Shown here piece after piece: positions 50,906 through 60,783 of a DNA stretch of 64,000 nucleotides (positions are counted from its first letter, which is position 1; every line of letters begins with the position of its first letter). Origin of the DNA: Candidatus Latescibacterota bacterium (GTDB taxonomy: Bacteria; Latescibacterota; UBA2968; GCA-2709665); the NCBI GenBank assembly GCA_965237675.1, contig OZ250150.1, positions 992,001-1,056,000 of the forward strand. The letters run 5' to 3'. The notes under the pieces are model-generated. The model saw only the letters and a program-made list of their open reading frames with translations. It was not told the origin of the DNA and ran no database searches. A program made the translations under genes and the position numbers.

Positions 50906-52422
50906 TGGCCGTCCACTTGCCTATTCTGCAGATTGTGGTACCCCTCATAGCCGCGCCGATCTGCCTGCTGCTTCGACGAAGGATGCTGGTCTGGGCCTTC
51001 GCTACGGCTGTCGGGTGGACCGTGCTGGGGATCGCCGTTCTGCTGCTGATAAGGGTCCTGGATGCCGGTACAATCTCCTATGCGCTCGGGAGCTGGAGCG
51101 CCCCGTGGGGGATCGAGTATCGGATCGATGCGGTCAACGCGTTCATATTGGTCCTGGTGGCCTTCATCGGCGCCGTCGTGCTTTTGTACGCGCCTCCCAG
51201 CGCGGCCCGTGAGATCTCACACGACCGCCACTATCTGTTCTACGCGGCATATCTCCTGTGCCTGACGGGCCTCCTCGGCATCGCCATCACCGGAGACGCG
51301 TTCAACCTGTTTGTCTTTCTCGAGATTTCCTCTCTTTCTACGTATGCGCTGATCAGCCTTGGAGAAGACCGCCGCGCCCTGACGGCCTCTTACCAGTACC
51401 TGGTAATGGGTACCGTCGGGGCCACGTTTATTCTGATCGGCGTGGGGCTCCTTTATATGGCAACGGGGACCCTGAACATGGCGGACCTCGCGGTTCGTCT
51501 GGGTCCAGTCCTGGACACCAGGACAGTGCTGGCGGCCTTCGCGTTCCTCGGCGTCGGCCTGTGTTTGAAACTGGCACTGTTTCCGCTCCACATGTGGCTG
51601 CCCAACGCGTATTGTTACGCGCCATCGATGGTGACGGCCTTTCTTGCGGCAACGGCGACCAAGGTCTCCATCTATGTCTTCCTGCGGTTCGTCTTCACCA
51701 TTTTCGGACCCCAATTCGCATTCGATTCGGTCGGGTTGCAGTTCGTGCTGGTGCCACTTTCGCTGCTTGGTATTTTCGCGGCCTCAACGGTCGCCATATT
51801 CCAGAGGAACATCAAACGCATGCTCGCCTATTCCAGCGTTGCCCAGGTCGGCTACATCATGCTGGGGGTCGGCCTTGTGTCGGTGAGCGGCGCCGGGCCG
51901 GAACTCCGGTACGGACCGGGGTCGTTGAATGGTCTCACCGCGGGAATCGTTCACCTTTTCAATCACGCCGTTATGAAAGGCGCACTGTTCCTGGCTATGG
52001 GTTGTATCGCCCTCCGCGTGGGCTCAGTTCAACTTGACGATATGCATGGTCTCGGACGTCGAATGCCGGTGACGATGGCCGCCGTTGTGCTTGGCGGCCT
52101 CAGCCTGATCGGCGTCCCTCTCACGGTGGGGTTCATCAGCAAGTGGTACCTGGTTCTTGCGGCCCTGGAAAAGGGCTGGTGGCCGATCGCGGTTCTTGTC
52201 CTGCTGGGTTCCCTGCTTGCGGTGATCTATATATGGCGGGTGGTCGAGGTGGCCTATTTCCGTGAGCCCGCCGAGCCTGCCGGGGTGAACGAGGCGCCGC
52301 TGCTGATGCACATCCCGATGTGGCTTCTGATTGCAGCCACCCTCTACTTCGGAGTTTCGACCTCCCTCACCCTGGGCGTTGCCCGGAAGGCCGCCGGATG
52401 GCTTTTGGGAATTGCGCCATGA
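50905..52422 (+). CDS. mnhD: MrpD-family antiporter subunit (first)
   Basis: GDAFNLFVFLE, K.ALFPLH.WLP.AY, KRMLAYSS, NHA..K. Confidence 0.9.
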   Translation: MAVHLPILQIVVPLIAAPICLLLRRRMLVWAFATAVGWTVLGIAVLLLIRVLDAGTISYALGSWSAPWGIEYRIDAVNAFILVLVAFIGAVVLLYAPPSAAREISHDRHYLFYAAYLLCLTGLLGIAITGDAFNLFVFLEISSLSTYALISLGEDRRALTASYQYLVMGTVGATFILIGVGLLYMATGTLNMADLAVRLGPVLDTRTVLAAFAFLGVGLCLKLALFPLHMWLPNAYCYAPSMVTAFLAATATKVSIYVFLRFVFTIFGPQFAFDSVGLQFVLVPLSLLGIFAASTVAIFQRNIKRMLAYSSVAQVGYIMLGVGLVSVSGAGPELRYGPGSLNGLTAGIVHLFNHAVMKGALFLAMGCIALRVGSVQLDDMHGLGRRMPVTMAAVVLGGLSLIGVPLTVGFISKWYLVLAALEKGWWPIAVLVLLGSLLAVIYIWRVVEVAYFREPAEPAGVNEAPLLMHIPMWLLIAATLYFGVSTSLTLGVARKAAGWLLGIAP

Positions 52423-53885
52423 CCGCTTCGGATGCCACGCTGCTCGCCGTTTTGCTGCCCCTGCTCGGCGCCCCGCTGATTGGTCTTCTTCGACAATGGC
52501 CCAATCTGCGCGAGGCGGCCACACTGGCCACAGGTGGCGTGCTGTTTTTCGTGGTGCTTTCCCTGGTACCGGAAGTTCTTTCGGGGGCGAGGCCAGGTAT
52601 ACAGATCCTCGAGGTGATGCCAGGCCTGGCGCTGGCCTTTGAAGTTGAACCTCTGGGCATGCTCTTTGGGTTGACTGCCTCGGGACTATGGATCCTGACG
52701 TCTCTGTATTCCATCGGGTACATGCGCGGTCATCACGAACCGAACCAGACCCGGTTTTACGTTTTCTTTGCCGTGGCCATTACGGGCGCCTTAGGCGTCG
52801 CATTCGCCCGCAATTTGTTCACGCTGTTTATCTTCTACGAGGTTCTGACCCTGTCGACCTATCCGCTGGTCACCCATCATCGGACGGAAGAGGCGCTTCG
52901 GTCCGGCAGGATCTACCTGGGCATACTGCTCGGCACGTCGGTCGGGTTGATGCTGCTGGCAGTGGTGTGGACCTGGAATCTGACGGGCACCCTGGAATTC
53001 GTACCCGGCGGGATCCTCAAGGGCAAAGCGAGTCCGGCCGTGGTGGGCATACTGCTGGCGCTCTACGCGTTTGGAACCGGCAAGGCCGCGCTGATGCCGT
53101 TCCACCGCTGGCTGCCGGCGGCGATGGTGGCGCCCACGCCGGTGAGCGCTCTGCTGCACGCGGTGGCCGTTGTTAAAGCAGGCGTGTTTACGGTGATGAA
53201 GATTGTGGTCTACATCTTTGGCATCGATCTGCTCAGCAGCAGCGGCATGAGCGTGTGGCTGGCCTATGTGGCCGCGGCAACCCTGCTGATTGCGTCCCTT
53301 GTGGCATTAACCAAGGATAATCTCAAGGCGCGTCTCGCCTATTCCACAGTCAGCCAGTTGTCTTACGTTGTACTCGGCGCGGCCCTTGCCAACAACTGGG
53401 GGATCATTGGCGGCTCCATGCATATTGCGATGCACGCTTTTGGCAAGATCACGTTGTTCTTCTGCGCCGGCGCTATCATGGTGGCCGCGCACAAGACGGA
53501 AATCAGCGACATGGCCGGCATCGGCAAGACAATGCCAATTACCATGTTCGCCTTTTTTGTCGGATCGCTGAGTGTGATCGGCCTACCCCCGCTTGGCGGT
53601 TCGTGGAGCAAGTGGTACCTGGCGCTCGGCGCGGCGGAGGCGGATCGGTTCATTCTCGTGGCCGTGTTGATGATCAGTTCGCTCTTGAGCGTCGCGTACC
53701 TGATGCCGATCGTCGCCCGCGCATTTTTTGTGACGCCCGCCTCGGCGTCCTCCAATGCGACTCCAATTAAGGAAGCGCCGGCGTTCTGCTTGGTTCCCCT
53801 GTGTCTGACGGCCCTCGGGTGCCTGGTGCTCTTCTTCTATGCCGATGAGATTTACCGGTTGCTGGCGCCAATTGCCCGACCCTGA
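52419..53885 (+). CDS. MrpD-family antiporter subunit (second, MrpA-like motifs)
   Basis: FYE, KAA.MP.H.WLP.AM.APTPVSALLHAVAVVKAG, LAYSTVSQL, HAFGK. Confidence 0.88.
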   Translation: MTASDATLLAVLLPLLGAPLIGLLRQWPNLREAATLATGGVLFFVVLSLVPEVLSGARPGIQILEVMPGLALAFEVEPLGMLFGLTASGLWILTSLYSIGYMRGHHEPNQTRFYVFFAVAITGALGVAFARNLFTLFIFYEVLTLSTYPLVTHHRTEEALRSGRIYLGILLGTSVGLMLLAVVWTWNLTGTLEFVPGGILKGKASPAVVGILLALYAFGTGKAALMPFHRWLPAAMVAPTPVSALLHAVAVVKAGVFTVMKIVVYIFGIDLLSSSGMSVWLAYVAAATLLIASLVALTKDNLKARLAYSTVSQLSYVVLGAALANNWGIIGGSMHIAMHAFGKITLFFCAGAIMVAAHKTEISDMAGIGKTMPITMFAFFVGSLSVIGLPPLGGSWSKWYLALGAAEADRFILVAVLMISSLLSVAYLMPIVARAFFVTPASASSNATPIKEAPAFCLVPLCLTALGCLVLFFYADEIYRLLAPIARP

Positions 53886-53896
53886 GGGATGGAGCC

Positions 53897-54142
53897 ATGG
53901 AAGACAAAAGGAAATACTGGCTGGACGAGCCCGGAAATGTAAGGAAGATCCGCGGGGCGCTGTACGTGATCTGTGTACTGCTGGTATTGATGGATCTGTT
54001 CTACCATAAGCATACACATTATGCTGTGGAGAAATGGTTTGGCTTTCATGGGTTTTACGGATTTGTAGCATGCGTCCTGCTGGTGCTGGCCGCCAAGGGG
54101 TTGCGCGTCATTCTGGGACGCAAGGAAGATTATTATGATTGA
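53897..54142 (+). CDS. Small two-TM membrane protein of the Mrp cluster
   Basis: GGAG RBS; two hydrophobic segments; R.EDYYD end overlaps the next gene. Confidence 0.7.
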   Translation: MEDKRKYWLDEPGNVRKIRGALYVICVLLVLMDLFYHKHTHYAVEKWFGFHGFYGFVACVLLVLAAKGLRVILGRKEDYYD

Positions 54143-55823
54143 TCAGTTTCCGCCTGCATTGATCCTGATTCTCGGTTCGTTGCTGATACCGTTTCTCCGC
54201 GGGCGATTCCAGGCGGTCTACATGCTGTTGCTTCCGGTTGTCGGATTCGCCCAACTGCTCGGCCTTTCCCCGGGCGAATACTGGCAGATTCCGATCTTCG
54301 ATTATAGTCTGACGCTGGTTCGAATCGACAAGCTCAGCCTGGTCTTCGGCTATATTTTCCATATCGCTGCCTTTCTGAACGTCATCTATGCGCTCCATGT
54401 GAAGGACAACACGCAGCATGTCGCGGGCCTGATCTACGTGGGCGGCGCCATTGGCGCCGTCTTCGCGGGCGATCTGATTACCCTGTTCGTCTACTGGGAA
54501 CTGACCGCGATTTCCTCCGTATTTCTGATCTGGAGCCGCCGGACCGAACGCGCCCAAGCCGCCGGGATGCGCTACCTGATCGTACAGGTCGGATCGGGCG
54601 TGATTCTGCTCGCCGGTATTCTGATCCATCTGCGAGAGACCGGCTCGATTGCCTTTACCGGACTGGGGCTGAATGGTCTGGGAACGACCCTTATCTTTGT
54701 CGCTTTTGGGATCAAGTGCGCCTTCCCGCTGCTCCACAACTGGTTGCAGGACGCCTATCCCGAGGCAACGGTGACCGGCACCGTGTTCCTGAGCGCGTTC
54801 ACGACCAAGCTGGCGGTATATGCCCTGGCACGGGGCTTTCCCGGCACGGAGATCCTGATCCCGATCGGGGCGGCGATGGCCGCGTTTCCGATTTTCTATG
54901 CGGTCATCGAAAACGACCTCAGGCGCGTGCTGGCTTATAGTCTGAACAACCAGTTGGGTTTTATGGTGGTCGGTATCGGTATTGGAACGGAGATGTCCCT
55001 GAATGGAACCGCCGCCCACGCTTTCACGCATATTCTCTATAAGGCTCTGTTGTTCATGTCGATGGGTGCGGTGTTGTACCGAACCGGTACCGCCAATGGT
55101 TCGGAACTGGGAGGCCTGTACAAATCCATGCCTCTGACAACGGTTTTCTGCATAATCGGAGCGGCGTCGATTTCGGCCTTTCCATTCTTCAGCGGCTTCA
55201 TCAGTAAATCGCTGGTGATTTCTGCAACCATCGACGGACACTACACCCTGACGTGGCTGGTGTTGCTGTTCGCATCCGCCGGTGTATTTCACCATTCGGG
55301 CATCAAGATCCCCTTCTTCGCCTTCTTTGCCCATGATTCAGGGATCCGCTGCAGGGAGGCGCCGCTGAACATGCTCGTTGCGATGGGTGCCGCCGCCGCC
55401 ATGTGCGTCCTGATAGGCGTCTTTCCCAGGCCGCTGTACGATATTCTGCCCTATGCCGTGAATTACGAGCCGTATACCGCGGTCCATATAATTTCCCAGT
55501 ACCAGCTATTGTTTTTCTCCGCACTGGCCTTCACCTTTCTGAAGCTTACCGGGATATACCCGCCGGAACTCAGGTCCGTAAATCTGGATACCGACTGGGC
55601 ATATCGCAGGCTGCTGCCGGGTATGGTCCGGATTGGCGCGCGGGCGGGCGGGCCGGTGCGGGATTCGGTGCTGCTCGGTGGCAAGGCTCTCCTTACGGCA
55701 ATCATTTCAGACTTCCGTCATTACCTCGGCCCCCAAGGCGTTCTTGGTCGAACCTGGCTTACCGGCAGTGCCGTGCTGCTGGTGACAATCTTCCTTGCCG
55801 TGTTTTTAATCGTTTGCTTCTGA
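54135..55823 (+). CDS. MrpD-family antiporter subunit (third)
   Basis: F..WE, K.AFP.LH.WL.DAYPEAT, FTTK, HA..HILYK. Confidence 0.88.
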   Translation: MIDQFPPALILILGSLLIPFLRGRFQAVYMLLLPVVGFAQLLGLSPGEYWQIPIFDYSLTLVRIDKLSLVFGYIFHIAAFLNVIYALHVKDNTQHVAGLIYVGGAIGAVFAGDLITLFVYWELTAISSVFLIWSRRTERAQAAGMRYLIVQVGSGVILLAGILIHLRETGSIAFTGLGLNGLGTTLIFVAFGIKCAFPLLHNWLQDAYPEATVTGTVFLSAFTTKLAVYALARGFPGTEILIPIGAAMAAFPIFYAVIENDLRRVLAYSLNNQLGFMVVGIGIGTEMSLNGTAAHAFTHILYKALLFMSMGAVLYRTGTANGSELGGLYKSMPLTTVFCIIGAASISAFPFFSGFISKSLVISATIDGHYTLTWLVLLFASAGVFHHSGIKIPFFAFFAHDSGIRCREAPLNMLVAMGAAAAMCVLIGVFPRPLYDILPYAVNYEPYTAVHIISQYQLLFFSALAFTFLKLTGIYPPELRSVNLDTDWAYRRLLPGMVRIGARAGGPVRDSVLLGGKALLTAIISDFRHYLGPQGVLGRTWLTGSAVLLVTIFLAVFLIVCF

Positions 55824-56013
55824 TACTCGCGACGGAGCCAATTTACTTAAGATTCCGAAAAATAATTAGTTAAGTATATATTCCGCGTACAGAAACCATT
55901 GGGTCGTTCACCTATTTGCACGCCTGCATGCGATTGCCGAACTTTAGGCTTGACTTTTTTATCGCATCCCTGTTAATTAATGCTGCTAATAATTTTCACC
56001 GGAGATTTCTACC

Positions 56014-57462
56014 TTGCCTGACCTGAGCTGGACTGTTCTCCTTCCCTCTCTGATTGTCACGGCGAGTGCGCTGTTGATTCTGTGTATCGACATCGTCCGG
56101 CCCGAAAATCGTGGCGTCGGAGCGGCATATGCGGCCCTCGTCGGAACGGGTCTGGCGGCAGTGGCCTCAGCCGGGCTGTGGGGCCGATCCGAGCAGGCCT
56201 TTGGCGGCATGCTCGTGCTGGACAATTTCGCGCTCTTTTCCAACATCATATTTACGGTTGGTACGGGGCTGACCATTTTCGTTTCCACCGGTTATCTGAG
56301 GCGGGAACACAACAGCCGCAGCGAGTACTATCTGCTGCTGCTGACGGCCACGCTGGGCATGATGCTCATGGCCGCGGGAACGGACCTGATTGTGATCTTC
56401 CTGGGTCTGGAACTGATGTCTCTGTCCCTCTATATCCTGGTTGGCTTCATCAAGTCCCGCTCCGCCTCCAACGAGGCCTCGCTGAAATATCTGCTGCTGG
56501 GGGCCTTCGCTACCGGGTTCCTGCTTTATGGGATTGCCCTCATCTATGGATCGACCGGTTCCACAAACCTCGAGCAAGTCGGCGCGATGCTCTCCCGACG
56601 CGTGGAAAGCGGCGGCCTGATGTTATACGCCGGCATGGTATTGCTGGTTGTGGGCTTTGCATTCAAGGTGGCGGCGGTTCCGTTTCACATGTGGGCTCCC
56701 GATGTCTACGAAGGAGCGCCCGCGGCGGTCACCGCGTTTCTCTCGGCGGGCCCCAAGGCGGCCGCCTTTGTGGCATTTTTCCGCGTGCTGATGGTATCTC
56801 TGGAATCGTTGAAGGCGGAGTGGACTGCGGTGCTCTGGATTCTGGCCGTGTTGACAATGACGGTAGGCAACCTGAGCGCGCTGAACCAACGCAGCCTCAA
56901 ACGGATGCTGGCCTATTCTAGCGTCGCCCATGCCGGCTACGTGTTGATCGCGCTGACCTCGGCCAGTGCAAAGGGCATTTCCGCGGCGTTGTTTTATCTG
57001 CTTGCCTATACGTTTATGAATATTGGCGCCTTTGCGGTACTGATTCTGGTTGCACGGAAAGGCGAAGAGAACCTGGATATTTCCGACTATGCGGGTTTGG
57101 GTTTCAAACATCCGGTTCTGGGGCTGTCTATGACGTTATTCATGCTCTCCCTGGCCGGACTGCCGCCCACAGCGGGTTTCTTCGGGAAATTCTACATATT
57201 CCGGGCGGCCATCGACGCGGATCTGATCTCCCTCACCATTATCGGCGTGCTCAACAGCCTTGTCTCGGTCTATTTCTATCTCGGGGTCGTAGTAAGCATG
57301 TATATGAGACAACCCGCTGATGAAGAGCCGGTGGTATCTTTTCCCGCGCTTGCACGAACCGCGCTGCTCGTGACATCCCTGGCGACCCTCTATTTAGGCC
57401 TCGCCCCCGCACGTTTTCTCGAGTTGGCCAGGCAGACGGTGGATAATCTCATAGGGAGTTAA
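56014..57462 (+). CDS. nuoN: NADH-quinone oxidoreductase subunit N
   Basis: LELMSL..Y, EA.LKY.LLGA, FK..AVPFHMW.PDVYEGAP, KRMLAYSS.AH.GY; TTG start after GGAG. Confidence 0.95.
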   Translation: MPDLSWTVLLPSLIVTASALLILCIDIVRPENRGVGAAYAALVGTGLAAVASAGLWGRSEQAFGGMLVLDNFALFSNIIFTVGTGLTIFVSTGYLRREHNSRSEYYLLLLTATLGMMLMAAGTDLIVIFLGLELMSLSLYILVGFIKSRSASNEASLKYLLLGAFATGFLLYGIALIYGSTGSTNLEQVGAMLSRRVESGGLMLYAGMVLLVVGFAFKVAAVPFHMWAPDVYEGAPAAVTAFLSAGPKAAAFVAFFRVLMVSLESLKAEWTAVLWILAVLTMTVGNLSALNQRSLKRMLAYSSVAHAGYVLIALTSASAKGISAALFYLLAYTFMNIGAFAVLILVARKGEENLDISDYAGLGFKHPVLGLSMTLFMLSLAGLPPTAGFFGKFYIFRAAIDADLISLTIIGVLNSLVSVYFYLGVVVSMYMRQPADEEPVVSFPALARTALLVTSLATLYLGLAPARFLELARQTVDNLIGS

Positions 57463-57537
57463 GCATGCCGCGGCTTGCAATGTACGGGGAAACTCCGGCC
57501 CCGACGCCCTTTCGTCCTTAACGCATCACGCGGATCG

Positions 57538-57813
57538 ATGTCGGACAAAAAAAAACAACCGGGCCTGGCGGCAGCCTATCGGAAAGCGGGCCCCTATCTG
57601 AACCTGGGTATTGAGTTTGCGGCGTCTATCTTGCTCTGTCTATTTGCCGGGCGCTGGTTGGACGGTAAACTTGGAACACACCCTTTTCTGATGCTGGGGG
57701 GGGTGTTGCTGGGCATGACGGTCGGTTTTTTAAACCTGTACCGTACGGTGATGCGGCTCCAGGACCAGGAAAAGCAGAAGAACAGGGAAGGGCGGCCCGG
57801 AGGTGAAGCGTGA
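57538..57813 (+). CDS. AtpZ/AtpI family protein
   Basis: G.WLD..LGT.P two-TM pattern, first gene of the atp operon. Confidence 0.8.
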   Translation: MSDKKKQPGLAAAYRKAGPYLNLGIEFAASILLCLFAGRWLDGKLGTHPFLMLGGVLLGMTVGFLNLYRTVMRLQDQEKQKNREGRPGGEA

Positions 57814-58214
57814 AGACGGAGTTTGCCCGATTTCTTAAACAGGTCGGATGGGTCCTGGTCCTCACGACAATTCTGGGAGGGTACCCGCTTTTCGTCTACT
57901 ATGGCGTTGAGATGACTTGGGCGGCAGCCATAGGGTGCGGCATCAGCACTGTGAACGTGCTGATTGGAGCCCTATCGGCAATGTGGTCGTTCGACAAGCC
58001 TCAGGCGGTGTTTTTAAAGACGTTGCTGGGTGGGATGGCCATTCGGATGGTCGTTATCTGTATAATTCTGGTCCTGTTGATTAAATTGACAACGCTTTCG
58101 GTTTACGGATTGGTTTTTTCTCTTTTTCTTTTCTACGTGCTTTTTCAGATTTTAGAGGTTCGACTCTTCGTAAGGCGCATTGAGGCTCGGCGGAGGTCAA
58201 GCGAGGGGGTTTGA
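57810..58214 (+). CDS. ATP synthase protein I-like membrane protein
   Basis: Four TM segments with conserved N and R; lies between atpZ and atpB. Confidence 0.7.
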   Translation: MKTEFARFLKQVGWVLVLTTILGGYPLFVYYGVEMTWAAAIGCGISTVNVLIGALSAMWSFDKPQAVFLKTLLGGMAIRMVVICIILVLLIKLTTLSVYGLVFSLFLFYVLFQILEVRLFVRRIEARRRSSEGV

Positions 58215-58218
58215 GACG

Positions 58219-59019
58219 ATGGCTTCAGAAGGGGCCGCTGAAGAAAAAAAAGATTACATTATGGAGCACCTGCTCGATTCTTCGGAACTCCATCTGCCCT
58301 GGGGGGAACTCCATCTGCCCCATTTTGAGTTGTTTGGAATTGACTTATCTATCACGCGGCATGTCGTCATGATGTGGGTTGCCGCACTGTTTCTCCTGGT
58401 TGTCTTTTTCTTGACAACCCGGCGGCGGGGACTCGTTCCGTCCGGGCTGGCAAACCTGCTTGAGTCGGTCGTTGTATTTATTCGGGATGATGTTGCAGTT
58501 CCCAACATCGGGGTAAAAGAAGCCGGGCGTTTTTTGCCGTTTTTGTTCACTATTTTTTTCTTCATCCTGACCTGCAATCTGTTGGGCCTGGTACCCTATG
58601 GCGCAACCGCGACCGGCAATGTGAGTGTAACTGCCGGTCTGGCAATTTGCGCCTTTTTGGTTGTTCAAGTGGGCGGCATTGTTCATAACGGTTCATTCGG
58701 CTATTTTAAGGGACTTGTGCCCCACGGGCTGCCGCTGCCGATTACGCTGCTGATGATCCCGGTTGAGCTCATCGGTCTCCTTGCAAAACCGTTCGCGCTC
58801 TGCATCCGTCTCTTCGCGAATATGACCGCCGGACATGTGATTATCCTGGCGCTGCTCGGTTTGATCTTTATCTTCAAGTCGTATGCTGTTGCACCTGTGT
58901 CCGTGCTTTTTGCGCTGGCGATCTATTTGCTGGAAATTTTCGTTTCATTGGTGCAGGCTTATATATTTACTTTGCTATCGGCCGTTTTTATCGGTATGGC
59001 CGTGCATCAGGATCATTGA
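58219..59019 (+). CDS. atpB: ATP synthase Fo subunit a
   Basis: NLLGLVP, KPFAL.IRLFANM.AGH, QAYIFTLL. Confidence 0.95.
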   Translation: MASEGAAEEKKDYIMEHLLDSSELHLPWGELHLPHFELFGIDLSITRHVVMMWVAALFLLVVFFLTTRRRGLVPSGLANLLESVVVFIRDDVAVPNIGVKEAGRFLPFLFTIFFFILTCNLLGLVPYGATATGNVSVTAGLAICAFLVVQVGGIVHNGSFGYFKGLVPHGLPLPITLLMIPVELIGLLAKPFALCIRLFANMTAGHVIILALLGLIFIFKSYAVAPVSVLFALAIYLLEIFVSLVQAYIFTLLSAVFIGMAVHQDH

Positions 59020-59081
59020 AGTGGAATGTGTGTTCAATTTTCCATTGTTAAACCTTAACTTTTTAGCCGAGGAGGTGTGTT

Positions 59082-59333
59082 GTGGCAGACGTAGCATCCG
59101 TGGCAGCTGAAGCATACGGTTATTTGTCCGCCGGCATTGGCGCTGGGTTGGTAACGATCGGGGCGGGTCTCGGGATCGGACGGTTGGCTGGAATGGCGAT
59201 GGAGGGTACAGCACGCCAGCCGGAGGCGGCCGGCGATATCCGTACCTCTATGCTCATTACGGCGGCCTTTATAGAGGGTGTGGCCCTGTTCGGCCAGGTG
59301 ATCTGTTTTCTTCTGGCAACACAGGGGGGATGA
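59082..59333 (+). CDS. atpE: ATP synthase Fo subunit c
   Basis: GxGxG repeat, ARQPE loop, IEG; GTG start with GGAGG RBS. Confidence 0.96.
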   Translation: MADVASVAAEAYGYLSAGIGAGLVTIGAGLGIGRLAGMAMEGTARQPEAAGDIRTSMLITAAFIEGVALFGQVICFLLATQGG

Positions 59334-59357
59334 AGCTGCAATAACGTCTGTACGCTA

Positions 59358-59519
59358 GTGTTCTGTCCCGGAAATAGATTGCCGAAATTCGGCCGCCGAG
59401 TCGCTCGGCTCGCAAGGTGCCTGAGCGAGGCGACCTGGGCAAGGTCGGCGAGAGAAGGCAACGCAGCGAGACGTGATGAATCGGTGGATGAATGGTAACA
59501 TATTTTGGGGACGGGACAC
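59358..59519. mobile_element. MITE-like element, copy 2 (inverted, right TIR degenerate)
   Basis: Same TIR start GTGTTCTGTCCCGGAAATAG; interior is the reverse complement of copy 1; flanked by TA...TA. Confidence 0.8.
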
Positions 59520-59543
59520 TATTACTGGGGAAAAGGGTATCAT

Positions 59544-60041
59544 ATGTTGTTAAATGTCGATGAAGGTCTGATAATCTGGACCATTATTACCTTCATCTTA
59601 CTGCTGCTTGTTCTCAAGGCGGTTGCCTGGAAGCCGCTGCTGGCCATGCTGGACGAGCGCGAAAGGCGTATTCGGGAATCCTTGAACCAGGCCGAAAAGG
59701 CCCGGGAGGAGGCTCAGAATGCGGCCGACGAAAACCGGCGCGCTATGGAGCATGCCCAGGCCGAGGCCCGGCAGACGATTTCGGAAGGACGGGAGGCGGC
59801 CGAGCGTGCGGCGGCGGAAGTACGTGCTCGAGCGGCGGATGAAGCCCAGCAGATGCTGCAGCAGGCCCGGCGAACGATTCGGCAGGAGAAGGAGCAGGCG
59901 ATCCAGGAGTTGAGAACCCACGCCGCGGGTCTGGCCATCGACGCCGCCGGTAAAGTGTTGAACGAAAACCTGGACAATGCCAGAAACCGGAAGCTGGTCG
60001 ACGAGTTTATAGACAGCATTCCTGATACAGACCAAAATTGA
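59544..60041 (+). CDS. atpF: ATP synthase Fo subunit b
   Basis: N-terminal TM, WKP...L.ER...I, coiled coil. Confidence 0.93.
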   Translation: MLLNVDEGLIIWTIITFILLLLVLKAVAWKPLLAMLDERERRIRESLNQAEKAREEAQNAADENRRAMEHAQAEARQTISEGREAAERAAAEVRARAADEAQQMLQQARRTIRQEKEQAIQELRTHAAGLAIDAAGKVLNENLDNARNRKLVDEFIDSIPDTDQN

Positions 60042-60056
60042 TTTCTGGAGCGGAGC

Positions 60057-60602
60057 TTGAACGAAACTCCCGTCGCAATGCGTTATGCCAGGGCGCTTAT
60101 CCAGGCGGCCGAAGAGCGAGATGCGCTGGAACGGGTCCATGAGGATTTGCAGGGCCTTCTGGACCTGCTCCGGGAATCGGAAGACCTGCGCGCCTTTCTG
60201 AGCGACCCCCTGATTTTTCCTGAGCAGAAGCGGACGGCCCTCCGGAGGCTTTTTTCGGGTCGGATCGGGGATCTCACGCTGAACTTCCTGCTGCTCTTGT
60301 GCGACAAACGACGAGAGCGGGGGCTCGACGGCATCATTCGAGCGTTCCTGATGCTCCTGGACGAGCGCCGGGGCCTGATTACCGCATATGTGCGTTCGGC
60401 GCAGGAACTCTCACAGGATCAACGCGCGCGGCTTTCACAGCGGCTGTCGGCCTATTCGGGGAAGCAGGTCCGTCTCGAGGTGGAAGTCGACAAGGGACTA
60501 CGTGCGGGCTTTGTGACCAGGATGGGCGACCATGTGTTCGACGCAACCCTTGAAGCGCAGTTGAACCGGATGCGCCAGAGGCTGGTTTCGGGTTTATCAT
60601 AG
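60057..60602 (+). CDS. atpH: ATP synthase F1 subunit delta
   Basis: A.RYA.AL, NFL.LL..KRR, VD..L.AG. Confidence 0.92.
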   Translation: MNETPVAMRYARALIQAAEERDALERVHEDLQGLLDLLRESEDLRAFLSDPLIFPEQKRTALRRLFSGRIGDLTLNFLLLLCDKRRERGLDGIIRAFLMLLDERRGLITAYVRSAQELSQDQRARLSQRLSAYSGKQVRLEVEVDKGLRAGFVTRMGDHVFDATLEAQLNRMRQRLVSGLS

Positions 60603-60783
60603 CAGTCCGTTGAGAAAGTTGCTCTGCAGGCGAGGCCGAGCCATTGTGACCGAAGACAAGGCGCGCGACCGAGCCGAATCGGTGGATTCGGAGAGGGAGC
60701 GCAACGCAGTCATTCGGCCACAAGAGCCGGCCGCAGACCGGATGGACTTTATTAACGGGCTGATAACCGAGGTGTAGACACTT

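Noticed and set aside
60603-60783. Possible 43-codon ORF between atpH and atpA
   Set aside because: Weak start context and no similarity to known ATP synthase subunits.
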